This document shows positions 35,982 through 49,291 of a stretch of DNA of 57,661 bases, piece after piece. Origin of the DNA: Trichosphaerium sp. ATCC 40318 (lineage: Eukaryota; Protista; Tubulinea); the NCBI GenBank assembly GCA_038496445.1, contig JALMLS010000499.1, positions 1 through 57,661 on the forward strand, in the 5' to 3' direction. Made by a program: the position numbers and the translations under genes. The first letter of the stretch is position 1, and every line of letters starts with the position of its first letter. The notes under the pieces were generated by a model. The model was not told the DNA's origin and ran no database searches. It worked only from the letters and a program-made list of their open reading frames with translations.

Positions 35982-38900
35982 CTAAAACATGTTTAAGTTA
36001 TTATTTGAACTACTTCTTTTTGCGCTTAATAATTTGAGGTTATTTTTCTCTAATTCTAGATTGGCTTGTTTAAGTTCTTCATTTTTTTTCAGAAGTTGTT
36101 GTAATAACTTGTCATGTGTTGTTGTTTGTTGTATTTGAGGCTCATTCAAATAGCTAGAGGCCCATAATTGTCTTTGCACAAAAGTAAGTAAGGAAAGAGA
36201 TTGATGCAGACTTATTTTGTACCGCTTAGAGGTAAAGTTGTCACAATCATCAGAATCAGACAAGTCATCAGAACCAGATTCACCAATGTCCTCTGATGTT
36301 ACAGATGATTGAATCTTGTTGGTTTTCTTAGACGGTTTCTTTGCTCTTTTCCTATTTTGGTTTGGTTTTCGCACAACTGTGATGATGTAACGAGCAACAG
36401 TCTGTACATCTAAAATCACAACTTAGTCAACAAAGTACAGCAATTGTAATCACTACCTTGAGCTACAACCAGCTCATCATACACTGCTTTATCTATTTTA
36501 TCTTGCTCCAACACTTTTCCTTGCCTGTTTACCAATACATAATGACTTTGATATCCAGTTTTAATTGGTTTACCAACGAGATTGGCTTTACCTTGATGGT
36601 TTTCTGTAACCTATCAATGCTTTGTGAGTAAACAAATCAATAATGTGATTGGTTGCAGTTGTGTACAGGGTATACATTTCCAGGCGTAACCAAACTAAGC
36701 ACAAGTGTCTTTTTATTGTCTTTAGCAGATGTATCATATGAACAGGCATACTCAATGCTGTGCTATTTCAAAAAAAAACAAGTAAGATTGGCAATGGTGA
36801 CTTTTTAAAAAGCACATACTGTAAAATAGATTCCTTGACCGTAGTATCCAGCATCCAACGAACTTATCACTCCAAATCCAGCTTTTACAATACTCCAAGC
36901 GGCTTTATGAGATGTTCCGTGAACCATTAATACAACTGGTAGCTGATTATTTGGTCAACAATGCACATGTATAAAATGTACCTGATCTGAAACGTTTGAA
37001 TACAGGCGCTGGAGTTCTATAGATTTATTGCAACCTTTTTTGTGATTCTTTGTATTGTGATCTGCTTTTTCATTTTTCAAAATGTTATGAAGGTCTCTAA
37101 TTAACAGCTCTGTTATTTGTAGTAATTAAACAATTACAAACGTACTGGTGTCTTTGCTTCAGCATGGTATTGTATGTGCCAAAGTTTTGAGTCAACATAT
37201 CATTGCAAACAAGATGAGCTTCTACAACATCATATTTATCATGGCCATGCATTGTTGACATTTGTTTGTGAAGAAACTGTAGTTCTCTCTTGGCTACAAT
37301 ATCATTTTTATTTGAATCAAGAAGATTCAGTGTTCTGAAGTGCGTTGCTTTTTCAATTGTACCCCTTTGTTTCACAAAAACAGTTAAACATGTGTTAATA
37401 AATACGAGTGTAACTACTCACTTGCTATTGGATCTATCCCAGGTGTGGGCATAATGTAATCTTGGATTTAAGTCCCATGATGTCTCACTTTTTAATCCTA
37501 AAAGTTTTAGTGTTATTGAACTAACAGTGCTTTTTTACCTGCTGTAGGGTTTTCAACTCTTTGATTTGGAGATATGGGATTAATGACATGTTTGCAATCT
37601 TTGCATTCACATTTACCTGGAACTGTTGGTTTGCTTAGAGAGTTTCTATTCAAACATTAGCAAAAAGTAGTACAAAACAAATACATGTTGGTTGATTATG
37701 TTGAGTAACACAATAACTGCATAAATACAATCCATATTCACAATCAAGGCATTCAATAACTTTAAAAAGTTAATATACATTTCCTCAATGCACGTACTGT
37801 CTTGATTGGGGTTTTGTTTAAGAGACAGTTGTACACCATCCTTCTTTTACACACATTTCAACAATAGACCCAGTTTGTGTAGTACTACTCCACATATCAT
37901 CTGGTAAGTCGGATAAAATTCCTTCCATCAGCTCTCCTTGCTGTAACCAAAAGCTCTGATATAAAAACAAAAACAAGTTAATGTATGCTTGTATTTTGTG
38001 TGTTTTGTACCGAAGACTGTACAAACATGGGATTGTATGTACAAATCAAATGGCAAATGCCTTTTTGCATTGCAACTTTAAAACTAGAATGTGTTGGCTT
38101 TGTATTATATTAGTATGAATGTTTGAGATGATACTTTACCAAGTACTGCAGCCATTTTGCAAGATTGAGTCGCCAGTGCGGTATCTCTTTCATGTGTGCA
38201 CAAGATAACCATAGTTCGCGGCTTTGATGATCGTTTGGAAACTGTTTCAAAAGAGTTTCAAACACACCGATGAATGCAGTATCATTGTCAACCACCTGTT
38301 TAAGTATCTGTTTGAAAACTGTTTGCCATTTGGGTGTGCTTATTGAAATGACTTTCGTTTGTTTCAATAAAGTCAGTAACACTGGGTTGTGTCCGGATAA
38401 TGCTAGGCTAATATCAGGTTATATTCAAAAAGGCTAAACTACCTGCAAGATGTAATGCTGTCAATCCATTTTTATCTGTGGCTTTAACGTTAGCTCCAGC
38501 TTCAATTAAAATCCTAGCGGCTATATCACGGCCTGTACTGGCTAATAGGTGTTAAAATTGTTGTACACGTTCACAATATCACCTGCAACTAGTAAAGCAG
38601 TACATTCGTTTTTGTCTTTAACTTCAATTTTGGCACTGTTCTCAGTTAACACTTTAACAACTTCAGTGTGCCCGTTATACACTAAAAAAAGTAGTAACAT
38701 TACATGTTAGTAATGTAGGTACCTGCACAGTGCAAGGCCGTTTGCAATCGGATGTTTACAGCTTCAACGTTGGTAATATATTTTAAGTCATCAACAACTT
38801 CACTGTGTACCTCAACGGCTAAGAATTTTGAATTAAAGTCACTACACTTTGTAGAAGTTTGGGATACCTGCTGAATGTAAAGCTGTGTTTCCATCTTTAT

Positions 38901-40237
38901 CTGTAGCGCGTATGTTTGCACTTGCCTTGATTAATGTTTTAACAACTTCACTGTGTCCCTCAACGGCTAAGAATTTTGAATTAAAGTCACTACACTTTGT
39001 AGAAGTTTGGGATACCTGCTGAATGTAAAGCTGTGTTTCCATCTTTATCTGTAGCGCGAATGTTCGCGCTTGCCTTGATTAATGTTTCAACAACTTCACT
39101 GTGCCCATTTTGAGCTAATTTAAGAACTTAAACTCAAAACTTGAAACGCGACAATACCTGCGCAATGAATCGGTTTGTGTCCATAGATATTCGACGCTTG
39201 TATGTTTGCCTTTGCTTTTAGTAACAATTGTACAATGTTGATGTGTCCATGCAACGCTGGTATAGGATGTGAGCGTACGTTTTATAATTATTATTAGTAA
39301 ACTAATATACCTGCATCATGTAGGGGTGTTGATCCAGTATTTTCTGTAGCATCTACATCTACACCTGAGTTAAGTAGCATTTCCACAATTTCAATTTGTC
39401 CGTTACGAGCTTGGAATCAAGTTAATACACTTAAAACCCTGTATCACGTTGTTACCTGCTTTGTGCAAAGTAGTACGTATCATCGCCTGGCGTAACATCT
39501 CAGCAACTATTTTGTGTCCTTTATTGGCTAAGATATGAAGGGTCAATTAGTAGTACTTACAAGATTACAATTACCTGCGCAAACAAGAGGTGTGCGTCCT
39601 TGGTTATCCGTGGCTTCATAATCCGCTGTTGAATTGAGCAATATTTGAACTACTTCAATATGTCCTTCATTCGCTAAGAAGTGTAAATTAGAGTCACCAT
39701 TTAATCTAACATACCCGCAAGGTGTAAAGGCGTGCATCCGTCTTTATCTCTGGCTTCAATGATTGCGCATGAGTTGAGTAATATTTGAACTATATTGAAG
39801 TGTCCCTCTGTGGCTTTATAGTTCAAGTGAGTGCGTTTGGTGAATGGCAAATCAGAGGTACCTGCAACGTGTAAAACTGTGCGTCCGTCGTACGAGGAAG
39901 CTTCAATGTTTAACCCCTGGTATATGCACTTGATCACAGTACTAGCCAGGCCACGAAGCACTATATTGATTGGTTATAAGCGAGATTTAGGCACCGAACC
40001 TGAATAGAACAGAATGTCATTGGCTATCGCTTGATTACGGATACTTTTCCTTAGCTTATCAACTAGTAAAACATTAAACAATATATTAACTTGGAATAGG
40101 CTACGTACTTGTTGTAATGCTACTGAAAACTACTTGAAGCTCTGCCAATTCGGCTGAGAAGAAATATTTAATAACCGCAAGTGTTAATAATATAATGTTA
40201 GTGGCATACCTTCTTCAATCGCCAGCTGTTCTGCCAT
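35982..40237 (-). CDS. ANK / UBR-like Zn finger / PARP-type ART / coiled-coil protein, paralogue C
   Basis: Inverted paralogue of B with the same exon plan and intact HGT, GIYFT and YDELVV motifs; different C-terminal tail; frame not verified across every exon. Confidence 0.85.
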
Positions 40238-41361
40238 GAAGCGTTGTAACCAGTGTTGATTGTATGGTAAAATGGATTTAAGTTTTGCCGATGGTTCATA
40301 GAATTACTTGTGTTCCGGCTCGGTGTACATTGTTTGTGTTCAACATAGCTCCCCCGGCTCACTGCACAATACTGCTAAGGTTTAGTTTGAAACAGAATAA
40401 ATAGCTTCAAAAATCGTCCTAACGTGAGTACAGAGTTTACCGTACGCGGGGAAAGGCAAGAGGTACAACCTGTGAGGTTTTTTTTTTGGTTTTTTCGAAA
40501 TATGTTCAACACACCTCCATCGTAGTCACTCCCTATCTATGCGCATGTTTGGTGAGACCAAGATACTTAAAAGACCGCCATGGTGTATCGTTATATGTCG
40601 TAATACAAACACTCAAACCAAACCGGTTCGTTACCATATAATTGAGTGAAAACCGCTTGTAGGCAGTGTTTTCTTTGTTTTGAAATTTTACTACACCAAA
40701 ACTAAAACGTCGTAAAAATCATGAACAAATTTGTGTTTACGAAGAGCTATGGACAAATAAGAATCGTCGTGTAGATGTACTCGCTGATCGGTGGTATAGC
40801 ACTGGAAGGTCATTAGGAAAGTACCTTGTAAATTTTTTTACGAAGTCTTTTTAAAGTAAAAAAAAACGCACGTGCGTTTATGAAAATCTTGTGTGGAGAA
40901 AGTATTTTTATTTGCGTTTTATACGCACATATACATGTCGCATTAGTGTGCAAAGAATCAGGTCAAAAATCGATTTTTCAAGCCAGATATTGTGACTTCT
41001 TTCTGGTTTTTTTTGAGCCAAAAACGAGGACTGTTTACAAATCTTGTGTCAGTTTCAAAATACAAAATACGCGTATTGACATCTAGATCTGTTGTGGAAA
41101 AAATCAGAGTCGAACTTGAATGTGTTTGCCATAAATGGTACCTTTCTTGTTTTTTTCTGTATTTTCGCTGTGAAAATTGTTGTGTCATTGGTAAGGATGT
41201 TATGGATTTATTTGAGCACACTGACCATTCAAAGATACCAACGGTAATATGGATGAATATGTCTGGCATTTCAGGCGTTTGAATTCGTGAGACCGAAGCT
41301 CTCCTCCAGCTAACCTAGCTACTATCCTGTGTGCTGCTGAAAGGCTTGCATACATCTACAC

Positions 41362-44045
41362 TAATGCCCTTCCGTTATGAATGAATAATTTGAATATATT
41401 CAAATACAGTCTATATTCACAAATATTCATGACTAAAAAAAGTCATTCATTATTCATGCCCTTTTTGCTGCCACTTATGCAATAGAAAATTGATCGCTCA
41501 TTGGTTTACGTTTGGCAGTTACAATTCTATTACCATAAGAACTGCAATAACGCATCGCAGATAAGAGTATTGCACACATGAATACGTTGTGAGTGACGGT
41601 TTTACAATTTGCCGCCACGAAAATAAACGGTTTTGTAACTTTCTTTTATTACCTTTAATTCTACCAGCATTATGGCAAAGCTTTTGCTGCCCTATCAACA
41701 AAGAAACGTGATTTTTGCACATGCTCATTAAAAGGTACCAAACCATGTTAAAGTAAGGATAACTATGCACACAAAGTAACATTAGTAGGGTTTGCGCTGT
41801 TTTTAATTTATGAAAGAAAAATCCAAACTAGTTCAGGTGATTGTCACATGACCAACATTTGCTGTTACCAGTAGTGTCAACATTTTTGTGAGTGACGGTT
41901 TTGCATATTGCCGCGAAAGTAAACGGTTTTGTGATCGGCACATGCATGTCCACGCTCTCCTGTTCAAGAAGAAAACGTGCCAGACAAATAAACAAGTTTT
42001 TTTCTTTTGTCTATGAACATTCATGAATGAATTAGTCACGGTCCTATTCTTTCCGGGTTGCCCTATTTTTTCCGCTTTTGAAAGTGCGTATTAATGTGTG
42101 CAGAGACATTTGCGACAGAAACGGGGTCGCGAAACGCACTTTCTTAGTTTTCATAAAATTCCAAGCTTTTAGCATTGCCAAGCGTTACATTTCCAACCGA
42201 AATAGCTGGGCGCTACACGGCTAAACAACAATCAGGCTAAAACAGAACTCAAGCTGCCTATGACATGAAGTGAGAACAAAAAGAAAAATAATTTCAACAT
42301 ACAATTTTCAACAAATCACCGAAAAAAAAAAGTGTCGCAACTTTTTGGGCCAACCACTTAGTGTACGAAATTTCACACAGGGGAGAGGTTGTCGAGAGTA
42401 TCAAATAATTGTTTGTTAAAATTCACAAAGCCGTAAACAGTGATTTAAGATTCGGGTGTGAACATTAGCATTAAAACTGGGCCACAAAATCAAAGATGTA
42501 CATATGCGCTATATTTCTTGCTATACCTGAGTCATTAGGAAATATAGTGAGCCAGTCTGCAACATTCAGGTTTTACACTCTGAGAATGTGATGTCACCAA
42601 AATTGTTGATCACATTTTTAGTTTTTTGTGGTTGTATTTGGAGTTGACTCCATAAGTTTGTATCCCATGATTCAAAATGTGTCCCAATTCAGCACAAATC
42701 ATTTATGACAAGTGAGATAATGGGCAAGTTGACGTTTGCAATGAATATATCCAGGAAAGGCGTTAATACTGTGTTTATTACACTTGTGGCATCCTCATGT
42801 ACAGCGTAAAAGGTGGTATATTTCTATGCTCAGAGAAGCGTTTGTGCTACAACTGCATATCACCAGCACTACATGTATAATGAGGAAGGAAATCATAGTA
42901 GTAGAAGTGGTGCAAATTTTTTTCGTGAGTGGTAAACGGAGACTATCCTTTCTCAAAAAATTCACAATTTGCTTCTACATTTGAACATTCTCAGTCCCCA
43001 TCCCTATATTCCAAAGGCTACTTGATGTTTGTATACAAGCACCAACACTATGTTGTAGACGCTCATTATATAAGATTGCATTTAAATAATGGGAGATGCT
43101 CATTTCACATCAATTCTTACTTGTTGTGTATGTTTGTGTGGCGATAGTTAAACTCAATATTGACATCATAATATCGTATGTAATTTTATATAAAGCTGTA
43201 GTTCAAAGCAAACATATTAATACTCTAAAGTTGGACTGTTAATGTCACAATAGGTATACGCTGGTGTTGGCCTACAGAAAAATATAGATTGTGGAAAAAA
43301 ACTGAAAAAACTGATGTGCCAACATGATTTGTCTGACCTGAAGTCATTGACAAAACATCGATAAAAGTATAAATGAGTTATAGTTAATATAACAAGCCTT
43401 TGATATTAAGATGTATACCCATCTGCATTTGGGTGACGGTGACTAAGAGTATGATGTTAATTCTATAAGTGCAATAGAGTTTGATAAAGATCAAACATAG
43501 AAATAATTTTCAGTCTACCTGAGAAACAGCACTTGTTCTCAACTGGTAACAAAACCTGTGCATCCCAAATTTGCAAAAAAAAAGTTACAATGGAAAGCTA
43601 GAAAAGCAAAATTAAAAACAACGTTACATAAAAAAATACCAAATCAGCCCTCTGTAAACTCCAAACATGACTTGTACGTTTCTTATGAGAGGTACTATAA
43701 GTAAAATATGTCTAGTAGATGGCGTGTAAGTAGTGCGAGATGAAAGCGTGCTCTAGTTTCCCAAAAGTGTTTTACAATATCAGAGGCAAAAATAGTGAGA
43801 AATGCGTGTAAGCTAACAAGTAACAGCATATCTGAGTACCTATACCGCGTGCCTAATATCGTGTATTCCTTATACTAGAATTCGGAATATCTTACTTATG
43901 TTTGAAGGGAGAAACTTATTGTTTTGTACTGAAATTTTTGATTTTTACCCGGAAAAAATAGGGCGGTCCGGAAAAAATAGGACGCTGACTAAATATAAAC
44001 GAATATTTTTGGTGCTATGAATATGAATATTACGGAAGGGCGTTA
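41362..44045. mobile_element. Non-autonomous hAT-like DNA transposon
   Basis: Termini TAATGCCCTTCCGT and ACGGAAGGGCGTTA are inverted repeats; perfect 8-bp target-site duplication ATCTACAC at 41354-41361 and 44046-44053; subterminal ATGAAT/ATTCAT repeats. Confidence 0.85.
42033..43991. mobile_element. Nested TIR DNA element (TA-flanked, possibly Tc1/mariner-pogo superfamily), decayed
   Basis: ~42-bp imperfect TIRs: TAGTCACGGTCCTATTCTTTCCGGGTTGCCCTATTTTTTCCG and CGGAAAAAATAGGGCGGTCCGGAAAAAATAGGACGCTGACTA; no intact transposase ORF. Confidence 0.75.
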
Positions 44046-44154
44046 ATCTACACTATACAACTTGGCTAATCTCAAACCTAAACATCAAGGTGAATTCTGA
44101 GTCCTATTACGCACAATTACGGTCCTCCTAGTAGGAGGCGCCCTGCTCTTCCCG

Positions 44155-44240
44155 GCAAGTTAAGAGGGCAGCTACCAAGTTCATTGCAAATTGATGGATA
44201 GCTTGGGAAGACCATATGGTTGGTAAGCAATGCAAAATAA
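44155..44240 (+). pseudogene. Short third remnant of the PARP pseudogene segment
   Basis: aagttaagagg..gctaccaagttc...catatggttggtaagcaatg matches 20187-20290. Confidence 0.7.
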
Positions 44241-44303
44241 CAAAAAACCGATTTGCACATACAATTATTTGTTGTTGAGATTTCAACGTACAGAAGAACA
44301 GTC

Positions 44304-44374
44304 CGCGACAGTACCTGCTATCAACACAAAAGTAGACTTCGCGACAGTACCTGCTATCAGCACAAAAGTAGACT
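44304..44374 (+). repeat. 36-bp tandem duplication (2 copies)
   Basis: cgcgacagtacctgctatca(a/g)cacaaaagtagact occurs twice. Confidence 0.9.
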
Positions 44375-47300
44375 GAGTATGTAGTAACGATTTTATTTGT
44401 AGCAAGATCAGACGGGTGTTCTCCTTCCTCATTGCAACAATCAATTGGTCAACTGCAATATTGTTACCAGGATCAGAAGTTGGTACAACGCCAAATGAGA
44501 GAGTAGCGTTCCAGAGTCTAAGTGTAACTGATCGAGTTGCTGCTTGAGGGTTGTATTTGTAACGGACGGGCGGTATGTATGTTCGGTCTACCTATTATCC
44601 ACATAAGTTATAGGTTGACTCTCACGGAGCCCGTTGAGTCTCAGATCATTAACTGATATCTTCTGCTACAATCAAAACACTTCCAAGGTTATTATATATA
44701 TTATAATGTTGCGTGTTGACTTAATGTTGTTTAGAGCGTCTGCATGGCCTCACGAAGGCTACTTCTTCATCTGTTCTAGCTAGCTCTAAAATATGAATGT
44801 GCTATAATCTCAAACACAGTATGTTTGGAGAGCATTTCATGATGTGACACTTCTTCTAGAAACAGGTTTAGTAACAGTCCCCATAAACACTTGTTTCAGT
44901 CTGACGTCATAAATTGCAATAGGTTGCCAGTACTACAAAATCAACAAAACAGTGCACAAGGCAAAGAAAAACAACCGCTTACTTCTAGTGCTGTTAATGA
45001 CTCGGTTTTAAGTTGAGTACAACGCAAAAGGCAAGTCAAGCCGGCCCCTACTGAGTCGTTCCTAAAACTTGGAAGCTATTCATATCATTTCCAAGTCCCA
45101 TTGTTTATTACACAACCCTTGTATGGATGGCTTGATAATGTCTGAACATGTGAGACATTTCAGGCGTTTGAACGAGCTGGAGTGGTCCTACAAAGACAAG
45201 CAACCAACCGAAGCAGTTTATACGATAGCAAGCAGATATCGCCCAACCACACTTGAAAACTATTCAACAAAATAAAATATTATCCCTTTGTTGTTGCAAA
45301 AAATATATCTTGCCCACGTGAGCTTCAAAAGAAGTAAATTATATCAACTCTGGCATGGAGAGATACAGTGTAAAACCTAATCAAAGAATTAGCTGTGTTA
45401 CCAGTTCTTGTTATGATAACGCTGTGTTGCTTGCGTTGTCCGTGGAATTGGTAAAAAATTGTACTCAAAAATAACGTTGGCTTCCTTTCTACGAAACGAA
45501 ACAGCGAAAAAACGCTATCTACTGCTGTTCAAAGAAGGCATGCGGAATTCATGCGATTTAAGCCTACTGTTTACTGCTCGAGTCCCTAATACGCATTTCT
45601 ACGCGTACAGAAACGTTTTGTGCCCAAACTATACGAACAACAGCTATTGGCTGGTATTAAGCACCTTAGGTCCCTCACATGCGCTAGGAGAGTACTTTCA
45701 GTGTATATCGTCTCACATTTCCGTTCGAAACCACGATTGTTACACTGAACTGCCTGAAACGAACGATAGACTTATGCTGAGTGCTGCCCGTAGCTCGAGC
45801 TTTCAGAAAAACAATTGTACAGCAAGTTGCAGCCCGCTCCTATTTTCCACTTGCATTACACACATAGCATGAGCGATAGATTTTACATCCTGAAAAACTG
45901 GCTTACGAGGAGAGGCGCCTATTTTTGTTGAAACTAACAAAGTGATAGTTGAAGCTTTCGTTCAGATGAACAGCGTTTTTCGATTGGGTAAACACAGTTT
46001 GCGTTAAGACGATTAGTTTTGTGGCAAACGGCCATTTTATGGTTTGCAATAAGCACAATTGCAACTTTAACACTTGTATGCCCGCCTGTGTATTGCAACG
46101 TCACAATAAAACAACTCACAAAATAATGGGATGGTTTGAGCGAGAGCCGTAAAGAAGGATCGCTGGTGCTTAGTCAGTATGATGGAGAAAAGAATAAACC
46201 ACAACGGAGCTGCACGAGGTAACAGTAAACCCTTATCACCTACGAATGGGATACCTCTACAATAAAGGCCAAACAGAGTTCAAGCCAATACTCCATGTTG
46301 TTGCAGCGTAGTTCTTTCCTCCACTTTTTTTTTTTTTATTGTCAACGTTTTTAAACACAGTCTCACAATGCCTGTGGAGCCCTATGTCCCACTACCACTT
46401 GTGTTACTATATCTGCATATTTGGAATAACCCTTACGGGAAACAGCATTTGCCAATGGTTGCGGCACCTGGTGGTGGGTGCCTCTGCGCTGTCACCGCGT
46501 AGAGAGGGCCTCCAACCAATCAAATCGCCAAAAGAATTATTGTTTGCCTCGCCGTCTTCGCAGACGCTTGGAGTACTCGTACAACCTTTTCCTCGCGGAA
46601 TTGGAAGTGTCATCAATTTTTTTGTCACATTCGAACCCATGACCTTTTGCATTGGAACACCGATGTCAAGAATGACATAACGCATTACACTAAATCTGCC
46701 TTTCACCGTGAAAGTGGGCACAGCGTACAATTCTTAGTTTTGTGCAAACCATCGCAATACATGTCATCTAGGGGCCGTTTAGCAATGGAATTACGTTCTT
46801 TAGTTTAGATCCAGTAGAAAACTGCACCATTCAGCTTGAAGGCGATAACATATTACCATACTCTGACGAGTGTTTGTTCGAATGTAGTTTGAAAAAGTGA
46901 GAAAAAGGGACAACAAATGCAAACGAAAAACGGCGTCGGTTCGCTTTCGGTCAGGGCCCGTTATGCTAACTATTACAGTTTAAATACACAAAATCTCGAG
47001 ATGCAGATGTTTGTGGTACCAACACTTCCTTTGTCCGCTATCTACATACCAAGAAACGATGTTATTAATGAACGTTAAAATTGTTTGGCTTAAACAACGT
47101 ACACTTTTTTTTTTCAAAAAGCCAAAAAAACTGAAGCCGTTCTTGTCACACCACTATGAGGCGGAGCCCTCATGTTAGTTACGCTCCACACAGTGTGTAT
47201 CACACAGTCAAAATATCATCACTCCATGTGTCATCACTGATTTGTGTATTTATTTTAAACTCTATAGCACAAAATAAAAACTCATCAACCAGAAGTTTTT

Positions 47301-47774
47301 TGCTATTATTCTGTCACTTAATTGTTCTATGCAGTTTGAGAGTGTTTCGGTTTTTAAACTGTAAGTCGTTGAGCAAGCAAAAAAAAAAAGAGCCAAAGGT
47401 ATGTAGCACCCCTCATACGAGAATCTAGAGCGAGCACAATACAACAATTTTCAGGACCTGTTTGTGTTCGTGCACCTGTTATTGTAACAGCACAAATAAT
47501 TTTTTTCTCAAAGATTCCATGTGTTGCTCTCCTTCGCAAACAAGTAAAAGGACATACTAACATTCTTTGTTATCTTTGAAAAGAAAAAGACTGTGGGTTG
47601 TGTACAACCAAAGCGGTTCATAAAATGTTTTCAAAGTTGTATCACACCACAGAATCTTTCAATACGTGTAAAATTTCTAGCGTTCAGTAAACAATGAGCC
47701 GGTTGCACATAAACAGTGCACACAGTACTTAACTGCCAACAGACAAAAAAACAAACAACAAGCAATCATACACT

Positions 47775-48290
47775 ATGCGCACCTTCTTGTATCTCGCTGT
47801 ATCTTGTATACTCCTTACAGTGTGTATTGCACTTCAAGAAGACAAAAAAGAAGAAGAACAATACTTTGTCATCTGGAAAGAAGCCTTCGACAACGGTGCT
47901 ATGGATGCTGGATCAGGCGGAAGCAATGGACAGAGTGTCAAAATTAGAGTGTACGACCCAAACGATCATGGTCAGCACTGGATCGAGTCACATGCCTCGA
48001 TATCAGGTTACTTCAACTACCGCAAAAGGGACACGAACTATTGCCTGGATGCCAGCCATATAGCGGCAAACGGAGAGGACGTCAAGTTGTGGACTTGTGA
48101 CGCACACGAAACGAATCAAATGTGGTACAAAGTCTTGTATGGTTCAAACTATCGCCTGTTCCGACACCCTTACACGTCCAATTATGTGGCTGATCACGCC
48201 GGACCCAATGACAATGTACACATGTGGCAGAATGTTGGAGGTGGTCATCCTGACACGAACAACCAACTTTGGGAAAGGAAAGTCATCTAA
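47775..48290 (+). CDS. Secreted ricin-B lectin-like protein, copy 2
   Basis: Same as copy 1 except I20L, S126Y and L149H. Confidence 0.85.
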   Translation: MRTFLYLAVSCILLTVCIALQEDKKEEEQYFVIWKEAFDNGAMDAGSGGSNGQSVKIRVYDPNDHGQHWIESHASISGYFNYRKRDTNYCLDASHIAANGEDVKLWTCDAHETNQMWYKVLYGSNYRLFRHPYTSNYVADHAGPNDNVHMWQNVGGGHPDTNNQLWERKVI

Positions 48291-49291
48291 AGTTAAATAA
48301 AATCGCGTATAAGCGGTCCTCACCAGCATCAACTATGCCTCATGTTTAGTGTTAAACAAAAAAACCAACTCTTGGTTACTTTTTTACAATTGTTACTGTC
48401 GTAGCTTTGAGCTGTGTGGTGCGCATGCGAGGTAACAAAATACCTTATCCCTTCATTAGACAAAGTTGTTGTACTCATCTGACTTGTGTTTTCCTTTTTA
48501 TTTTCAGTCTTTAAAATAGTCCATGCAAGTTTACTAGTACGTTGGATTTTTTTAACCTTGAAGTTATAGCTAGACTTCACGACACCTGTATGCTTTGTGC
48601 ACGTGATTGCGTTGGAAATGCGAAAAGTGTCCCTACTTTTACTGTACCCTGCTTGTTGAATTGCTTCTGTGCCGTACGACGTTGTATTGTAGGTACCTTT
48701 AGATAGGTACAACGTAACGTTGTATTAATGTTAACGCAAGTGTTCTTGTGCTCGCTCAGTTTAAACTCATACCACAGGCCAGTGTTGAAATTTTTTATGT
48801 CGATCTCTGTCGCCTTTAGTTACTGTTAGCTCGCGCTACAGTTAGGAGACTTTCTACTTTAATACAACCATTTTAGTCTACAAAACCGCTTTTTCAGCGC
48901 CGTATTTACCCTGCAGAAGGGTATTCCACTGAGCGCGGCGTACGTCGTGTCTGCGGTCATAGCTAAACCTGTAGATACAACTTCACTTTGGATGGAGCTA
49001 GCATACACGCTATACGTATTCAAATTGGCGTGTATAACGTACTAAAATAAACAAAGAATTCTTCGCTACTCTTAAAGCAACTTTTTCTGAAACATAGGCA
49101 AAATCGAGAACAACAAGTACAAACCAGCGCAGGTGTTACGATTTGGCCTTTTCGTTTTGTCTCGCTACACCTCCTCGTTTTATGAGTTTTTTTCAGTGAT
49201 CAAGAAACTCAACTTGCTTTGAAAAAACAAAACGCTGTTTTCTACGCTCTAACGGCTACGAAGAACCCCGAACTATTACTATAAAATAACA

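Larger units (their letters stand above)
29401..41250. repeat. Large inverted duplication: arms ~29401-34555 and ~36107-41250, spacer about 1.55 kb
   Basis: Reverse-complement similarity across the upstream region, exons and introns of paralogues B and C. Confidence 0.95.

Noticed and set aside
44304-44374. 36-bp repeat of CRISPR-like length
   Set aside because: Two adjacent copies with no spacer and no cas genes, in a eukaryotic context
44560-44585. GACGGGCGGTATGTA resembles the conserved SSU rRNA 1392 region (reverse strand)
   Set aside because: Flanking sequence does not continue the rRNA match; probably chance
44996-45060. Stem GACTCGG...CTGAGTC resembling a tRNA acceptor stem
   Set aside because: Too short, with no TTC loop or anticodon arm
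45459-46730. ORFs of 107-137 aa on both strands
   Set aside because: No family motifs recognised; cannot support a gene call
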